DNA from: Hydrurus foetidus
Taxonomy: Eukaryota
Length of the DNA: 64,000 nucleotides
Reading direction: 5' to 3'
Assembly: GCA_900617105.1 (NCBI GenBank)
Contig: UYFQ01000010.1
Coordinates: 124,001 to 188,000 of the forward strand
The notes under the pieces were generated by a model. That model made no database searches, was not told where the DNA came from, and worked only from the letters and a program-made list of their open reading frames with translations. The position numbers and the translations under genes were made by a program. Positions 48,654 to 59,051 of this stretch are shown here, piece by piece. Each line of letters begins with the position of its first letter. Position 1 is the stretch's first letter.

Positions 48654-49247
48654 CTAAATCCACCCTACCCACCCCGCAACCGCCCCTGCGCCCAACAGCC
48701 ACAGGATGTGGATGCGTGTCTTCCAGATCACCACGGTGGTGACGGCGGTGACGGCCCAGAGGGCCAGGTGGTGGTCTTCGGCCTTGTGGTTGGCGGCCAG
48801 CAGCCAGCCGGTGGCCACCAAGAGCGCAATGACGATAGGCGCCATGCCTTGCTTGAAGGCGCGCACGGCGCGCAACTCGCGGTTGCGGTGGCCCCAGCGC
48901 GATGCGGTGAAGGTGAGGATGGAGCTGGGCAACATGATGCCAAAGAGCGTGACAAACACGCCGGCCAGCGCGCAGGCCAAGCCAACCCAGCCAGCGGCCA
49001 GGCCGCCGGCAGCATTGAGTCCGATATTCCAGCCCAGTAGGGGCACAAACAGGATGTTGGGCCCCGGCGCGGCCTGGGCCAGCGCGATGCTGGAGGTGAA
49101 CTGCTCGTCGCTGAGCCAGCCATGCTCCACCACCAGGTAGCGCTGCATGTCCGGCGCGGTGGTGATGGCGCCACCCACCGCCAGAATGGACAGCGAGGCA
49201 AAGTGCAAAAACAAATTGACCCAGTCCGCGGCATGCAGGGTGATCAT
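48654..49247 (-). CDS. chrA: Short-chain chromate transporter subunit
   Basis: LSILAVGG, AQAAPGPN. Confidence 0.88.
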   Translation of the reverse strand: MITLHAADWVNLFLHFASLSILAVGGAITTAPDMQRYLVVEHGWLSDEQFTSSIALAQAAPGPNILFVPLLGWNIGLNAAGGLAAGWVGLACALAGVFVTLFGIMLPSSILTFTASRWGHRNRELRAVRAFKQGMAPIVIALLVATGWLLAANHKAEDHHLALWAVTAVTTVVIWKTRIHILWLLGAGAVAGWVGWI

Positions 49248-49855
49248 GGCGCGTCCTTCTTGGCGGCCAGTGCGGCGGCCTTGCCCAGGCACACATAGGC
49301 CCAGACACAGCCCACGCCGCCAATACCCAGCAGCACCCAGGCCAGCGGCACGCGCAGGAATGCAATGGCCACGAAAGTGGCCGCCAGCATGGCCACGCAA
49401 GCAGCCATGCCCATGACATTGGTTTTGAGTGCTGTCGCCAGGCGCAGGCCGGCCGCGCCAATCAGGCCCGCGGCCACTGCGCCCATGCCGCGCAACGCGC
49501 CCTGGGCCTGCGGGTTGTCGGCCACACCGGCAAACGCGGCGGCCACCAGCAGCACCAGAAGCAGCGGAAAGCACAGCATGCCCGCCACGCCGACCAGCGC
49601 GCCGCGCAGACCAAAGTAGCGGTCACCCAGCATCAGCGAGAGGTTCACCACATTGGGGCCAGGCAGGATCTGGGCGACGGCCCAATCCTCCACAAACTCG
49701 GCGGGGGTGAGCCACTTTTTCTTGTCCACCAGCTCCCGCTGCACCACGGCAAGCACGCCGCCAAAGCCCTGCAGGGCGAGCAGCGAGAAGGCAACAAACA
49801 ATTCGGTCTTGGAACGGGGGCCGGGGCGGGTGTGGGGCGTTGTGCTGGGTGGCAT
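49244..49855 (-). CDS. chrA: Short-chain chromate transporter subunit
   Basis: QGFGG, AQILPGPN. Confidence 0.88.
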   Translation of the reverse strand: MPPSTTPHTRPGPRSKTELFVAFSLLALQGFGGVLAVVQRELVDKKKWLTPAEFVEDWAVAQILPGPNVVNLSLMLGDRYFGLRGALVGVAGMLCFPLLLVLLVAAAFAGVADNPQAQGALRGMGAVAAGLIGAAGLRLATALKTNVMGMAACVAMLAATFVAIAFLRVPLAWVLLGIGGVGCVWAYVCLGKAAALAAKKDAP

Positions 49856-49867
49856 GCAGGGCGGGGA

Positions 49868-50692
49868 TTAGGCGGGTTGCCCCACCACGGTGAATTGCTC
49901 CCTATTGTCGCGCAGCCACTGCTGGGAGCGCGTGGTGTCCTGCTGGCGCGGGTGAAAATCTTCACGCAGGTAGGCGCGCCACAACGCCCGGTTGCTGCGG
50001 ATGATGCCCTCTTTGCCAAACAGGAAATGGCCCGCGCTGCGCCAGGTACTCCAGCGGAACAGCGCGCCGTCGTGCCACAGGTTGAGGAGGGTCTGGCGTG
50101 TTACGTCGCCGAAGAACGTCATGGTGATGTAGCGGAACAGGCGCAGGCGCCACTCGTGGTTGCCGCCGATGGCCTGGTACACGTCAAACGCGGTGCTGCA
50201 GTGTTCCGACTCTTCGGCGCTGTGCCACAACCACAGGATTTTCAAGCGGTCCTCGCTCCCTTCCAGTGCCTCGGGATGGGCCAGCATCCAGTCTGCAAAG
50301 ATGGCGGTCAGGTGCTCGGTGGCGGCGGTGGCGCCCACGTGCATGCGCACGTCGCGGTGCGCATTGGCCTGCAGGCGCTTGGCAGCTCGGCGTTCCAGCG
50401 CGTTGTCGAAGCCTTGCTTTTCCAACTGGTCGTTGAACAGGGTGTGGATGCGGCGGTGGGTGGCCTCTTGCCCTACAAAGCCCTGCACCTCGGCGGCAAA
50501 GTGCGCACGCTGGTGTTCGGGCAGGGTCTTGAGCCCGGCGCGCACCGAATCCATAAAGTACTGCTCGCCGATGGGGAAGCTCATGGACAGGGCGTTGAAA
50601 AACGCCGAGCGAAATGCGTCGCCGCCATTCCAGCGGGTGGCAAAGGGCGTGTTCAGGTCAATCAACAGTTTGCGAACGACGAGGTCGGTCAT
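49868..50692 (-). CDS. Predicted metal-dependent hydrolase
   Basis: SFPIGEQYF, QEATH, EH, WHSAEESEH. Confidence 0.85.
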   Translation of the reverse strand: MTDLVVRKLLIDLNTPFATRWNGGDAFRSAFFNALSMSFPIGEQYFMDSVRAGLKTLPEHQRAHFAAEVQGFVGQEATHRRIHTLFNDQLEKQGFDNALERRAAKRLQANAHRDVRMHVGATAATEHLTAIFADWMLAHPEALEGSEDRLKILWLWHSAEESEHCSTAFDVYQAIGGNHEWRLRLFRYITMTFFGDVTRQTLLNLWHDGALFRWSTWRSAGHFLFGKEGIIRSNRALWRAYLREDFHPRQQDTTRSQQWLRDNREQFTVVGQPA

Positions 50693-51600
50693 GGGGAGGC
50701 TCCGGGTGAAGAAGGGTGCAGTCCGTGCAGCTGGGTCAGCAGCCATTGGATCACGGTGGCGTCGGTGCACAGCTGCACGTGGCCCACGCCGTCAAACACT
50801 GTGGGCGTGATGCCCGCCAGGGTTTGGGCGCGCTGGGGATAGACGATGTTGTCTTGCGGGGTAAGGGCGATGCGCAGCAGGCCGCGCAGATCTGCAGATT
50901 CGGAGGCGGCCAGCGCCTGCAGCCAGGCACTGTTCCAGCCCATTTGCCGGCCATTGGGGGTGCGCGGGTGTGGGTCGATCTGCGTGCCCGCATGCGGTGT
51001 GCCCAGCGTGATGGCGCGCGCCACCTGGGCGGTGCCGTGTGCGCGCATCCAGGCTCGGATGGCCAGGCCACCCATGCTGTGGCCGACCAGTAGCACCTGG
51101 GCCGTGCCCGCATGCTGGCGCAGCGCCTTCACTGCGGCGTCCACGATGGGGGCGTAGTTGTCGATGGAGGAGAAGACCGGCTCCAGGTTCACCGCCAGCA
51201 CCGCGTGGCCCTGGGCACGCAGCTGCGTGGCCACAGGGTCCCACAGCCGGTGGTTGCACAGGTAGCCATGCACCAGCACCACGGGCAGCTGCGGTGTGCC
51301 GCCGGTGGCGGGTAGCACAGCGGGGGCTTGCACGGTCCAGGGCTGGCGCAGCACAAAGGTCTGGAGCTCGGCCACCGTCTCACCCACCCACGCGCGCCAC
51401 CAGTGCGCCGCAGGCTCGCCCGCCGTGCGGGATTTGAGGGCCGACACCAGGTTCACTGTTACCAGCGTGGCGCAGGGCAGGGCTACGGCCCCCATCAGCA
51501 ACCACAGGGCTCCTCCGTACCATTGCGATACCGCCCAGCCCAGTAGGGCGCCCAGCGCCATTTGGGTGAACAGGATGCGGCGTAGCAGGCGGGCAAGCAT
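50689..51600 (-). CDS. Membrane-anchored alpha/beta hydrolase (esterase/lipase)
   Basis: LVHGY, GHSMGG, LGTPHAG. Confidence 0.88.
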   Translation of the reverse strand: MLARLLRRILFTQMALGALLGWAVSQWYGGALWLLMGAVALPCATLVTVNLVSALKSRTAGEPAAHWWRAWVGETVAELQTFVLRQPWTVQAPAVLPATGGTPQLPVVLVHGYLCNHRLWDPVATQLRAQGHAVLAVNLEPVFSSIDNYAPIVDAAVKALRQHAGTAQVLLVGHSMGGLAIRAWMRAHGTAQVARAITLGTPHAGTQIDPHPRTPNGRQMGWNSAWLQALAASESADLRGLLRIALTPQDNIVYPQRAQTLAGITPTVFDGVGHVQLCTDATVIQWLLTQLHGLHPSSPGASP

Positions 51601-51610
51601 GGGAGTTGGG

Positions 51611-53848
51611 TCAGTACTGGGGTTGGTGTTTGCGGATGGCGGCTTTCACATCATCGCTGAGTGCAAAACCCGGGCCAAACTGCACGGCCAGCGCGGCAGC
51701 ACGCGCCTCAAACACGTCGATGCCCATGCCGTAGATGAACTGCATGGCACCTCCGGTCCAGGCCGGAAAACCAATGCCGAAGATGGAGCCAATGTTGGCG
51801 TCGTGCACGCTGGTCAGCACGCCCTCGGCCAGGCAGCGGGCGGTCTCGACGGCCTGGCGGTAGAGCAGGCGGTCCTTCAGGTCGGTGATGTTCCAGGGCG
51901 CATCGGCCTTCTCAAACAGCGGTTTGAGCTGGGGCCAGAGGAATTTCTTGGCGCCTTTCTTAGCCTGTTCTTGGGTGGGGTAATCGTAAAAGCCGGCACC
52001 GCCCGCGCGGCCGGGGCGCTCATGCTCGCGCACCATTTGTTCCACCACCAACTCGCCCGGTGTGGCGGTGTAGGTTTTGCCTTCCGCGTCAAAGTCTTTC
52101 CGGGTCTGCTCCATGACATGCAGGCTCAGCGTGAGCGCCGTTTCGTCCAGCACGGCCAGCGGACCCACGGGCATGCCGCACTGCACGCCAGCGTTCTCAA
52201 TGGCGGCGGCGGGAATGCCCTCCATCAGCATGGCCGCACCCTCCATCACAAAGGTGCCAAACACGCGGCTGGTGAAGAAGCCGCGCGAGTCGTTCACCAC
52301 GATGGGGAGCTTGCCCAGTGCCTGCACATAGTCAAAAGCGCGTGCCACGGTTTCATCGTCGGTCTGCTTACCCTTGATGATTTCCACCAGCTTCATCTTG
52401 TCTACGGGGCTGAAGAAGTGGATGCCGATGAACTTCTTGGCATCGCGGCTGGCAGTCGCCAGGCCGGTGATGGGCAGGGTAGAGGTGTTGGAGGCAAAGA
52501 AGCCGCCGGGCGCGAGTAGCGGCTCGGCCTCCTGCGTCACGCGGGCCTTAAGTTCGCGGTTTTCGAACACGGCTTCGATGATCAGGTCGCAGCCCTGCAG
52601 GTCAGCAGCGTCTGCCGTCGGTTTGATCAGGTCCAGAATGCTTTGCTGGACCTCAGGCTTCATGCGCCCCTTGTCCACGCGGCCTTGGGTGATCTTGGCG
52701 GCATAGCCCTTGCCGGTGTCGGCCTTGTCCTGGCTCACGTCCTTCAGCACGGTGGCAATGCCCTTGCTGGCTTGGCTGTAGGCAATGCCCGCGCCCATCA
52801 TGCCGGCGCCCAGAATGCCGACTTTCTGCGGCCTAAAGCGATCTACCGTTCGGGCTGAGCTTGTCGAAGCCTTGAGCCCTTCGACAGGCTCAGGGCGAAC
52901 GGTATTGGGGCGGCTCTGGCCGCTTTTGATGGCGTTCAGGTTGAAGAAAAAGGTGTTGATCATGGCCTTGGCCTGCGGGCCAGACATGAGCTTGGCGAGA
53001 TACCGGCTCTCGATACGCAGCGCCGTTTCAATATCGACCTGCAGGCCTTCGACCATGCAGGCCATGATGGCCTCGGGCGCTGGGTACAGGCCACGCGTTT
53101 GCTTCTTGATCATGGCGGGTGCCACCGGCAGCATGCCCGCCACGGCGGGCGAAGAGGGCAGACCGCCGGGCACCTTGTAGCCCTTGGCTTCCCACGCGTG
53201 CTGGGCGGTGGGGTTGGCGGCTATCCAGGCCAATGCCTTCGTCTTCATCTCCGCGGCCGCATCGGGGCCGGGCGCCACTAGGTCGTGCACCAGGCCCAGG
53301 CCCTTGGCCTCTGCAGGAGAAAACAGTTTGCCTTCGACCAGGTAGGGCTGCGCGCCCATCAGACCGAGGTGGCGCGTCATCTTGGTCACGCCGCTGGCGC
53401 CTGGCAGCAGGCCCAGCGTCACCTCGGGCAGGCCGAACTGGGTCTTGCGGTCGTCAATGGCAATGCGGTGGTGGCCCACCAGCGCCACTTCCCAGCCGCC
53501 GCCCAGGGCCGTGCCGTTCAGCAGGCTGACCACGGGCTTGCCCAGGGTCTCGATAGCGCGGAAGTTCTTTTTGACACGCTCGATCTCTTCAAAGATGCGC
53601 GGCGCGTCGGCCGGTGTCAGGCGCATGGCAGCCTTGAGGTCGGCGCCCGCAAAGAACGTGCTCTTGGCCGACGCCAGCAGAATGCCGGTGATGCTGTCCT
53701 TGTCCTGTAGCACGCGGGCAGCCACGGCGTCCATATCTTCCTGCCACTGCAGGCACATGGTGTTGACGGCGGAGTCCGGCTCGTCAAAGGTGATGGTGGC
53801 AATGCCCTTGCCGTCGATGTTGGACAGGGAGTATTGGATGGTTTTCAT
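51611..53848 (-). CDS. 3-hydroxyacyl-CoA dehydrogenase / enoyl-CoA hydratase multifunctional enzyme (FadB/FadJ-like)
   Basis: AGADL, GGGWE, GLPEVTLG, GAGMMGAGIA, SNTS, HFFSP. Confidence 0.93.
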   Translation of the reverse strand: MKTIQYSLSNIDGKGIATITFDEPDSAVNTMCLQWQEDMDAVAARVLQDKDSITGILLASAKSTFFAGADLKAAMRLTPADAPRIFEEIERVKKNFRAIETLGKPVVSLLNGTALGGGWEVALVGHHRIAIDDRKTQFGLPEVTLGLLPGASGVTKMTRHLGLMGAQPYLVEGKLFSPAEAKGLGLVHDLVAPGPDAAAEMKTKALAWIAANPTAQHAWEAKGYKVPGGLPSSPAVAGMLPVAPAMIKKQTRGLYPAPEAIMACMVEGLQVDIETALRIESRYLAKLMSGPQAKAMINTFFFNLNAIKSGQSRPNTVRPEPVEGLKASTSSARTVDRFRPQKVGILGAGMMGAGIAYSQASKGIATVLKDVSQDKADTGKGYAAKITQGRVDKGRMKPEVQQSILDLIKPTADAADLQGCDLIIEAVFENRELKARVTQEAEPLLAPGGFFASNTSTLPITGLATASRDAKKFIGIHFFSPVDKMKLVEIIKGKQTDDETVARAFDYVQALGKLPIVVNDSRGFFTSRVFGTFVMEGAAMLMEGIPAAAIENAGVQCGMPVGPLAVLDETALTLSLHVMEQTRKDFDAEGKTYTATPGELVVEQMVREHERPGRAGGAGFYDYPTQEQAKKGAKKFLWPQLKPLFEKADAPWNITDLKDRLLYRQAVETARCLAEGVLTSVHDANIGSIFGIGFPAWTGGAMQFIYGMGIDVFEARAAALAVQFGPGFALSDDVKAAIRKHQPQY
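52844..52904. repeat. 61-bp REP-like palindrome, in frame within the FadB/FadJ-like gene
   Basis: TACCGTTCGGGCTGAGCTTGTCGAAG-CCTTGAGCC-CTTCGACAGGCTCAGGGCGAACGGTA. Confidence 0.88.
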
Positions 53849-53858
53849 GGAAGATGCC

Positions 53859-53903
53859 TGCTATGAAATAAGGAGCTTCTTGCGCAATGGATACGGGGGC
53901 TAG
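53859..53903 (-). repeat. Dispersed 45-bp motif, copy 12 (fills most of the thiolase-fadB spacer)
   Basis: Reverse complement: CTAGCCCCCGTATCCATTGCGCAAGAAGCTCCTTATTTCATAGCA. Confidence 0.9.
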
Positions 53904-53917
53904 AGGCCTAAAACGTC

Positions 53918-54047
53918 TCAAAGTCTCTCGACAATGGTGGCAATGCCCATGCCGCCGCCCACGCACAGTGTGGCCAAGCCGTAGCGCAGTTTGCGTCGGT
54001 GCAGCTCGTCAATCAGCGTGCCCAGAATCATGGCGCCCGTGGCGCCT

Positions 54048-54079
<32 letters not shown>

Positions 54080-55123
54080 CACGTTTACCTTCTCAAACGG
54101 CACTTTCATTTCCTTCATGAAGCGCATCACCACTGCGGCAAAGGCCTCGTTCACTTCAAACAGGTCGATATCGTCCACTGTCAGGCCCGCCTTGGCCAGC
54201 GCTTTGCGCGTGGCCGGCATGGGGCCGGTGAGCATGATGGTGGGGTCGGCACCGCTGAGGGCCGTGGCCACAATGCGGGCGCGCGGGGTCAGCTTGTGTT
54301 CCTTGGCCGCAGCTTCGTTGCCAATCAACACGGCGGCTGCGCCGTCCACTATGCCCGACGAATTGCCCGCGTGGTGCACATGGTGGATGCGCTCGACTTG
54401 CGGGTAGCGGGTGAGGGCGACCGCATCGAACCCCATGCCACCCATTTGCTCAAACGCGGGTTTGAGCCCGGCCAGGCCTTCCAGCGTAGTGCCGGGTTTG
54501 ATGAATTCGTCGCGTGCCAGAATGGTCTGGCCCAGTGCGTCTTTCACAGGCCGCACCGAGTGGTCAAAGTAACCCGCAGCCTGCGCCTTGGTGGCGCGGC
54601 GCTGCGATTCCAGCGCGTAGGCATCCACATCGGCACGCGTGAAGCCTTCTAGCGTGGCGATCAAATCGGCGCCAATGCCTTGCGGCACAAACAGGGTCTG
54701 CGAATTCGTTTCGGGGTCCATGGCCCAGGCGCCGCCGTCCGAGCCAATCGGCACGCGGCTCATGCTCTCCACGCCACCAGCCACCACCAGGTCTTCCCAG
54801 CCCGAACGCACCTTTTGCGCCGCCATGTTCACGGCCTCCAGGCCGGAGGCGCAGAAGCGGTTGATCTGCACGCCCGACGCCTGAAAATCCCAACCCGCCT
54901 TGAGCGCGGCCACTTTGGGGATGACCGACCCCTGGTCGCCCACTGGGGAGACGACGCCCATCACCACGTCGTCCACACGCGCTGTGTCGAATTGGTGGCG
55001 CTGTTGCAGGTCGGTGAGCAGGCCGGCCAGCAGGGTGACGGGTTTGACCTCGTGCAGGCTGCCGTCTTTCTTGCCCTTGCCGCGCGGGGTACGGATGGCG
55101 TCGAACACAAATGCTTCAGTCAT
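53918..55123 (-). CDS. Acetyl-CoA C-acyltransferase (thiolase)
   Basis: [28 protein letters not shown]. Confidence 0.95.
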
Positions 55124-55246
55124 GGGGGCTCCGATTGAGAGAGGGGCGCGGGAGGCGCGCAGGGAAATGACGTGCGGTCATTCGCTAAATGCAGTATATT
55201 CTTTTTACCAAGCAAACGCTTTGTATAAATAACCCGAGGTAACGCC

Positions 55247-56425
55247 ATGATTGAAAGAATCCTGTTCTCCGCCGACCACGAGGCGTTTCGCGATAGCTTT
55301 CGGCGCTTTATGGAGAAGGAAATTGCGCCATTCCACGCCGACTGGGAAGAGCAGGGCTATGTGGCACGAGAGGTGTGGAACAAGGCCGGCGAGAACGGCT
55401 TCCTGTGCATGACCATGCCCGAGGCGTACGGTGGCTCGGAGGCCGACAAGCTGTACTCGGTGATCCAGATGGAAGAGCTTGCGCGCGGCGGCTTTACCGG
55501 CATTGGCTTTGGGCTGCACAGCGAAATCGTGGCGCCCTACATCCTGCATTACGGCACGCCCGGGCAAAAGGCGCGCTACCTGCCCCGGCTTACCAGTGGC
55601 GAAATGATTGGGGCCATTGCCATGAGCGAGCCCGCAGCAGGCTCGGACCTGCAAGGCATCAAGGCCACGGCCATCCAGCAGGCGGATGGCAGCTATTTGC
55701 TTAACGGCAGCAAGACCTTCATCACCAACGGCTGGCACGCAGACCTGGTCATCGTGGTCGCCAAGACCAACCCGGCCGCGGGAGGCAAGGGCACCAGCCT
55801 GCTGCTGGTGGAGCGGGGCATGCCCGGCTTCAGCGTGGGCAAGCGCCTGAAAAAGATGGGTCTGAAGGCGCAGGACACCTCCGAGCTGTTCTTCGGCAAC
55901 GTGCGCGTGCCGGCCGACAACCTGCTGGGTGGTGCGGCGCAAGAGAACCGTGGCTTCATTTGCCTGATGGAGCAGCTGCCCTGGGAGCGCCTGCAAATTG
56001 CCATCACCGCCGTGGCCGCCGCGCAGGCTGCCATTGACTGGACGGTGGACTATGTGAAAGAGCGCACGGTGTTTGGCCAGCCCGTGGCCAGTTTTCAGAA
56101 CACCCGCTTCACCCTGGCGGAACTGCAAACTGAGGTGCAGGTGGCGCGCGTGTTTGTAGACAAATGCTGCGAGCTGGTCAACGTTGACAAGCTCGATACC
56201 GCCACTGCCAGCATGGCAAAGTACTGGACCACTGACCTGCAGTGCAAGGTGATGGACGAGTGCGTGCAGCTGTTTGGCGGCTACGGCTACATGTGGGAAT
56301 ACCCTATCACCCGCGCCTACGCCGACGCGCGCGTGCAGCGCATTTACGGCGGCACCAACGAGATCATGAAAGAGGTGATCACGCGGTCCATGGGGCTGGG
56401 GGGCGCTACAGCAGGAAAACGCTGA
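55247..56425 (+). CDS. Acyl-CoA dehydrogenase
   Basis: AMSEPAAGSD, NGSKTFITNG, QLFGGYG, IYGGTNEI. Confidence 0.95.
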   Translation: MIERILFSADHEAFRDSFRRFMEKEIAPFHADWEEQGYVAREVWNKAGENGFLCMTMPEAYGGSEADKLYSVIQMEELARGGFTGIGFGLHSEIVAPYILHYGTPGQKARYLPRLTSGEMIGAIAMSEPAAGSDLQGIKATAIQQADGSYLLNGSKTFITNGWHADLVIVVAKTNPAAGGKGTSLLLVERGMPGFSVGKRLKKMGLKAQDTSELFFGNVRVPADNLLGGAAQENRGFICLMEQLPWERLQIAITAVAAAQAAIDWTVDYVKERTVFGQPVASFQNTRFTLAELQTEVQVARVFVDKCCELVNVDKLDTATASMAKYWTTDLQCKVMDECVQLFGGYGYMWEYPITRAYADARVQRIYGGTNEIMKEVITRSMGLGGATAGKR

Positions 56426-56525
56426 ATTGCGCGGGCAGCGCAAGAAGCTGGTAGCTCTGTTGATCCGCACACGCGGCTGATGGACGGCGCCCATCGGGGC
56501 GTTTCGAATTCGGAGACTGCAGCCT

Positions 56526-56801
56526 TCACCGGTCCTTGTTCGTAATGATGCGATCGTTCTTGCGCGGCCTGCCAGCGCGCCCGGCCTTGGACCAGTCGTA
56601 GTCCTGTCCATCGGGGGTCTTGCCATCGGCAATGGTGTCTACGCCTTGCTTGCCCGCGCTCTGCGGGTTTTCGCTGGCCATGGTGACAAAGGCGTGGCCG
56701 GCATCGCGCTTCTCTTTGGTGATCTGCAGGGCGTGCACGATGGTGGTTGCCTCCTGGCCATGCGACCGGTTGTTTTCGTCGGTCCAGTAAATCTTGAACA
56801 T
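56526..56801 (-). CDS. Hypothetical protein
   Basis: FVTMASENP.S.GK.GVD...GKTPDG..YDW; GGAAG upstream. Confidence 0.7.
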   Translation of the reverse strand: MFKIYWTDENNRSHGQEATTIVHALQITKEKRDAGHAFVTMASENPQSAGKQGVDTIADGKTPDGQDYDWSKAGRAGRPRKNDRIITNKDR

Positions 56802-56983
56802 ACGCTTCCTTCTGACTTCAATTCCGGTATCCCTCACCGCAACATTGGTGTTGGCACGGTGGTTGGAGAATCCGGCGGAAATGCACACAATGGCGGCAAG
56901 CGCGATTCATGTGTTGGGTTCAATTGCGCATCCCGTCGGCTGCGGCTTGCGTTGAAGTGTATGGCTTTACATCGGAGGTACCT

Positions 56984-57436
56984 ATGGCCAATCTCTCTGG
57001 CGGTCTTCTCAAGCGGTTACTACAAGGTTTGCTGGTCGCTTTGCTGGGCTTGGGCGCTTTGGCCGCCAGTGCCGAAGGGCTGAACCCCAAGGACGAGAAG
57101 CAGGTGCTCAGCGTGGTGCGCAGCCAGCTCGACGCCTTTGCACAGGACGATGCGGACAAGGCGTTTTCCTATGCGGCACCCAATATTCGGCGCCTGATGG
57201 GCAACGCGGCGCATTTCATGGAGATGGTGCGCAACCAGTATGAGGTGGTGTACCGGCCGGCCTCCACCATCTTTTTAAAACCCGTTGGCGATGCCAGCGA
57301 GGCGGTGCTGAAAGTGCAGTTGACCGAAGAGGATGGCACGCCCTGGATTGCCATTTACACGCTGCAAAAACAGAAAAACAAGTCATGGCGCATTACCGGT
57401 TGTGCGGTCAATCCAGCCACTGGCACCATGGTTTGA
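56984..57436 (+). CDS. DUF4864-like secreted protein
   Basis: GGAGG RBS, signal peptide, QLDAF..DD..AFSYAAP, WRITGC. Confidence 0.8.
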   Translation: MANLSGGLLKRLLQGLLVALLGLGALAASAEGLNPKDEKQVLSVVRSQLDAFAQDDADKAFSYAAPNIRRLMGNAAHFMEMVRNQYEVVYRPASTIFLKPVGDASEAVLKVQLTEEDGTPWIAIYTLQKQKNKSWRITGCAVNPATGTMV

Positions 57437-57498
57437 TGTTTTCGCTACCTGCCGCCCCGGCGACCGCAGCCTGCTGGTGACCGGCGCCAGCGTGTCGC

Positions 57499-58266
57499 TC
57501 AGGCAGTTTGCGGATGGGTTTTGCGCAGCAAATAGGTGTCCATGATCCAGCCGTGCGCGGCGCGCGCAGCTTGGCGTTGTTCCAGGATGTGCCCGCAGAC
57601 ATCGGCCAATGGCCCGCTGATGCAAATTTGGTTCGGCATGCCAAGGTAAGCGCCCCACCAGATGTGGAGGCCCTCGGTGGGCAACTGCTGAAAAGCGCAT
57701 TGACCATCCAGCATCACGGCCACCGTGCTCGCATCCGCAGGCCAACCATGGTCACGCAAACGGCGCCCAGTGGTGATGGTCACCGGGGCATTGATTTCAT
57801 TCAATGCGATGGCGTGGGCCGCCGTGAGTGCCTGCAGCGCCGTGATGCCGGGCACCACGGACACCTGGACGGGCAACTGCAATGCCAGGCGGTCGGCAAT
57901 CCGCAGCGTGCTGTCGTAGAGCGACGGATCACCCCACACCAGCAGCGCCAAGCGCCCGCCCTGCGGCAGATGGGCTTGAATGTGCGTCAGCCACACGTGG
58001 GCAATAGCATCGTGCCAACGGTTCACGCCGCTCTGGTAATCGGGGTCTGCACTGTCGCGCACCGGCATGTCAAAGCTGACCAGGCGCGTGGCGGGGTTGG
58101 TGATCAGTTGCGCGCACAGGCTGCTGCGCAAGTCAGCCAGATCCGCCTTGTCTGCGCCTTTGTGGGGCAGCAAGATCAAGTCCGCCGCATTCAGCGCTGC
58201 AACGCCCTGGCGGGTGATGTGGTCCGGGTTGCCCGTACCCATGCCCACCAGGCTGAGTTCGATCAT
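57499..58266 (-). CDS. cobF: Precorrin-6A synthase (deacetylating)
   Basis: [37 protein letters not shown]. Confidence 0.92.
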   Translation of the reverse strand: MIELSLVGMGTGNPDHITRQGVAALNAADLILLPHKGADKADLADLRSSLCAQLITNPATRLVSFDMPVRDSADPDYQSGVNRWHDAIAHVWLTHIQAHLPQGGRLALLVWGDPSLYDSTLRIADRLALQLPVQVSVVPGITALQALTAAHAIALNEINAPVTITTGRRLRDHGWPADASTVAVMLDGQCAFQQLPTEGLHIWWGAYLGMPNQICISGPLADVCGHILEQRQAARAAHGWIMDTYLLRKTHPQTA

Positions 58267-59051
58267 GGGGTGCTGCCTTCTGGAAAGCGTGGCTGGGTGC
58301 CCACCGGCCGATAGCGCCGGTCGTAGTCGCCGGCGTAGAGGCGGCTGGTGGCAAAGTCCTGCGCGCCCAGCGTGCGCCCAACCAAAATGATCGCGGTACG
58401 CTCCATGCCGTTGCCCACCGCAGACTCCACCGTGGCCAAGGTGGCCCGCACCACGCGCTCGTCGGGCCAGCTGGCACGCCACACCACCGCCACCGGGCAG
58501 TCCGCGCCGTAGTGGGGGGTCAGCTCTTGCACCACGCGGGCCAGCACATGGATGGACAGGTGAATCGCCAGCACCGCCCCGGTCTGGGCGAAGTTGTGCA
58601 GGGACTCGGCCTCCGGCATCGCCGACGCACGCCCCGAGGTGCGTGTTAGCACCACCGACTGACTCAATCCTGGCAGGGTCAGCTCGGCCTCCAGCGTGGC
58701 CGCGGCCGCAGCAAACGAGGGCACCCCCGGCGTAACGGTGTAGGGAATGCCTTCCTCACGCAGGCAGCGCAGCTGTTCGCCCATGGCAGACCAGACGGAC
58801 AGGTCGCCCGAATGCAGTCGGGCCACATCTTGCCCCGCGGTATGCGCTGACCGAATCTCGTCGACGATCTGCTCCAGCGACAGTGGTGCGGTATTGACGA
58901 TGCGCGCACCGGCCGGGCAATGTGCCAGCACGCCCTCGGGCACCAGAGAGCCCGCGTACAAACACACGGGGCTTGCGGCAATCAAGTCGCGGCCGCGCAG
59001 GGTCAACAGGTCTGGGGCGCCGGGGCCGGCGCCAATAAAGTGAACAGTCAT
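58263..59051 (-). CDS. cobM: Precorrin-4 C11-methyltransferase
   Basis: [28 protein letters not shown]. Confidence 0.95.
   Translation of the reverse strand: MTVHFIGAGPGAPDLLTLRGRDLIAASPVCLYAGSLVPEGVLAHCPAGARIVNTAPLSLEQIVDEIRSAHTAGQDVARLHSGDLSVWSAMGEQLRCLREEGIPYTVTPGVPSFAAAAATLEAELTLPGLSQSVVLTRTSGRASAMPEAESLHNFAQTGAVLAIHLSIHVLARVVQELTPHYGADCPVAVVWRASWPDERVVRATLATVESAVGNGMERTAIILVGRTLGAQDFATSRLYAGDYDRRYRPVGTQPRFPEGSTP

Noticed and set aside
56415..56456. TTGCGCGGGCAGCG...GGTAGC resembling the dispersed motif
   Set aside because: It has an extra base in the spacer and lacks the TAGCCC box.
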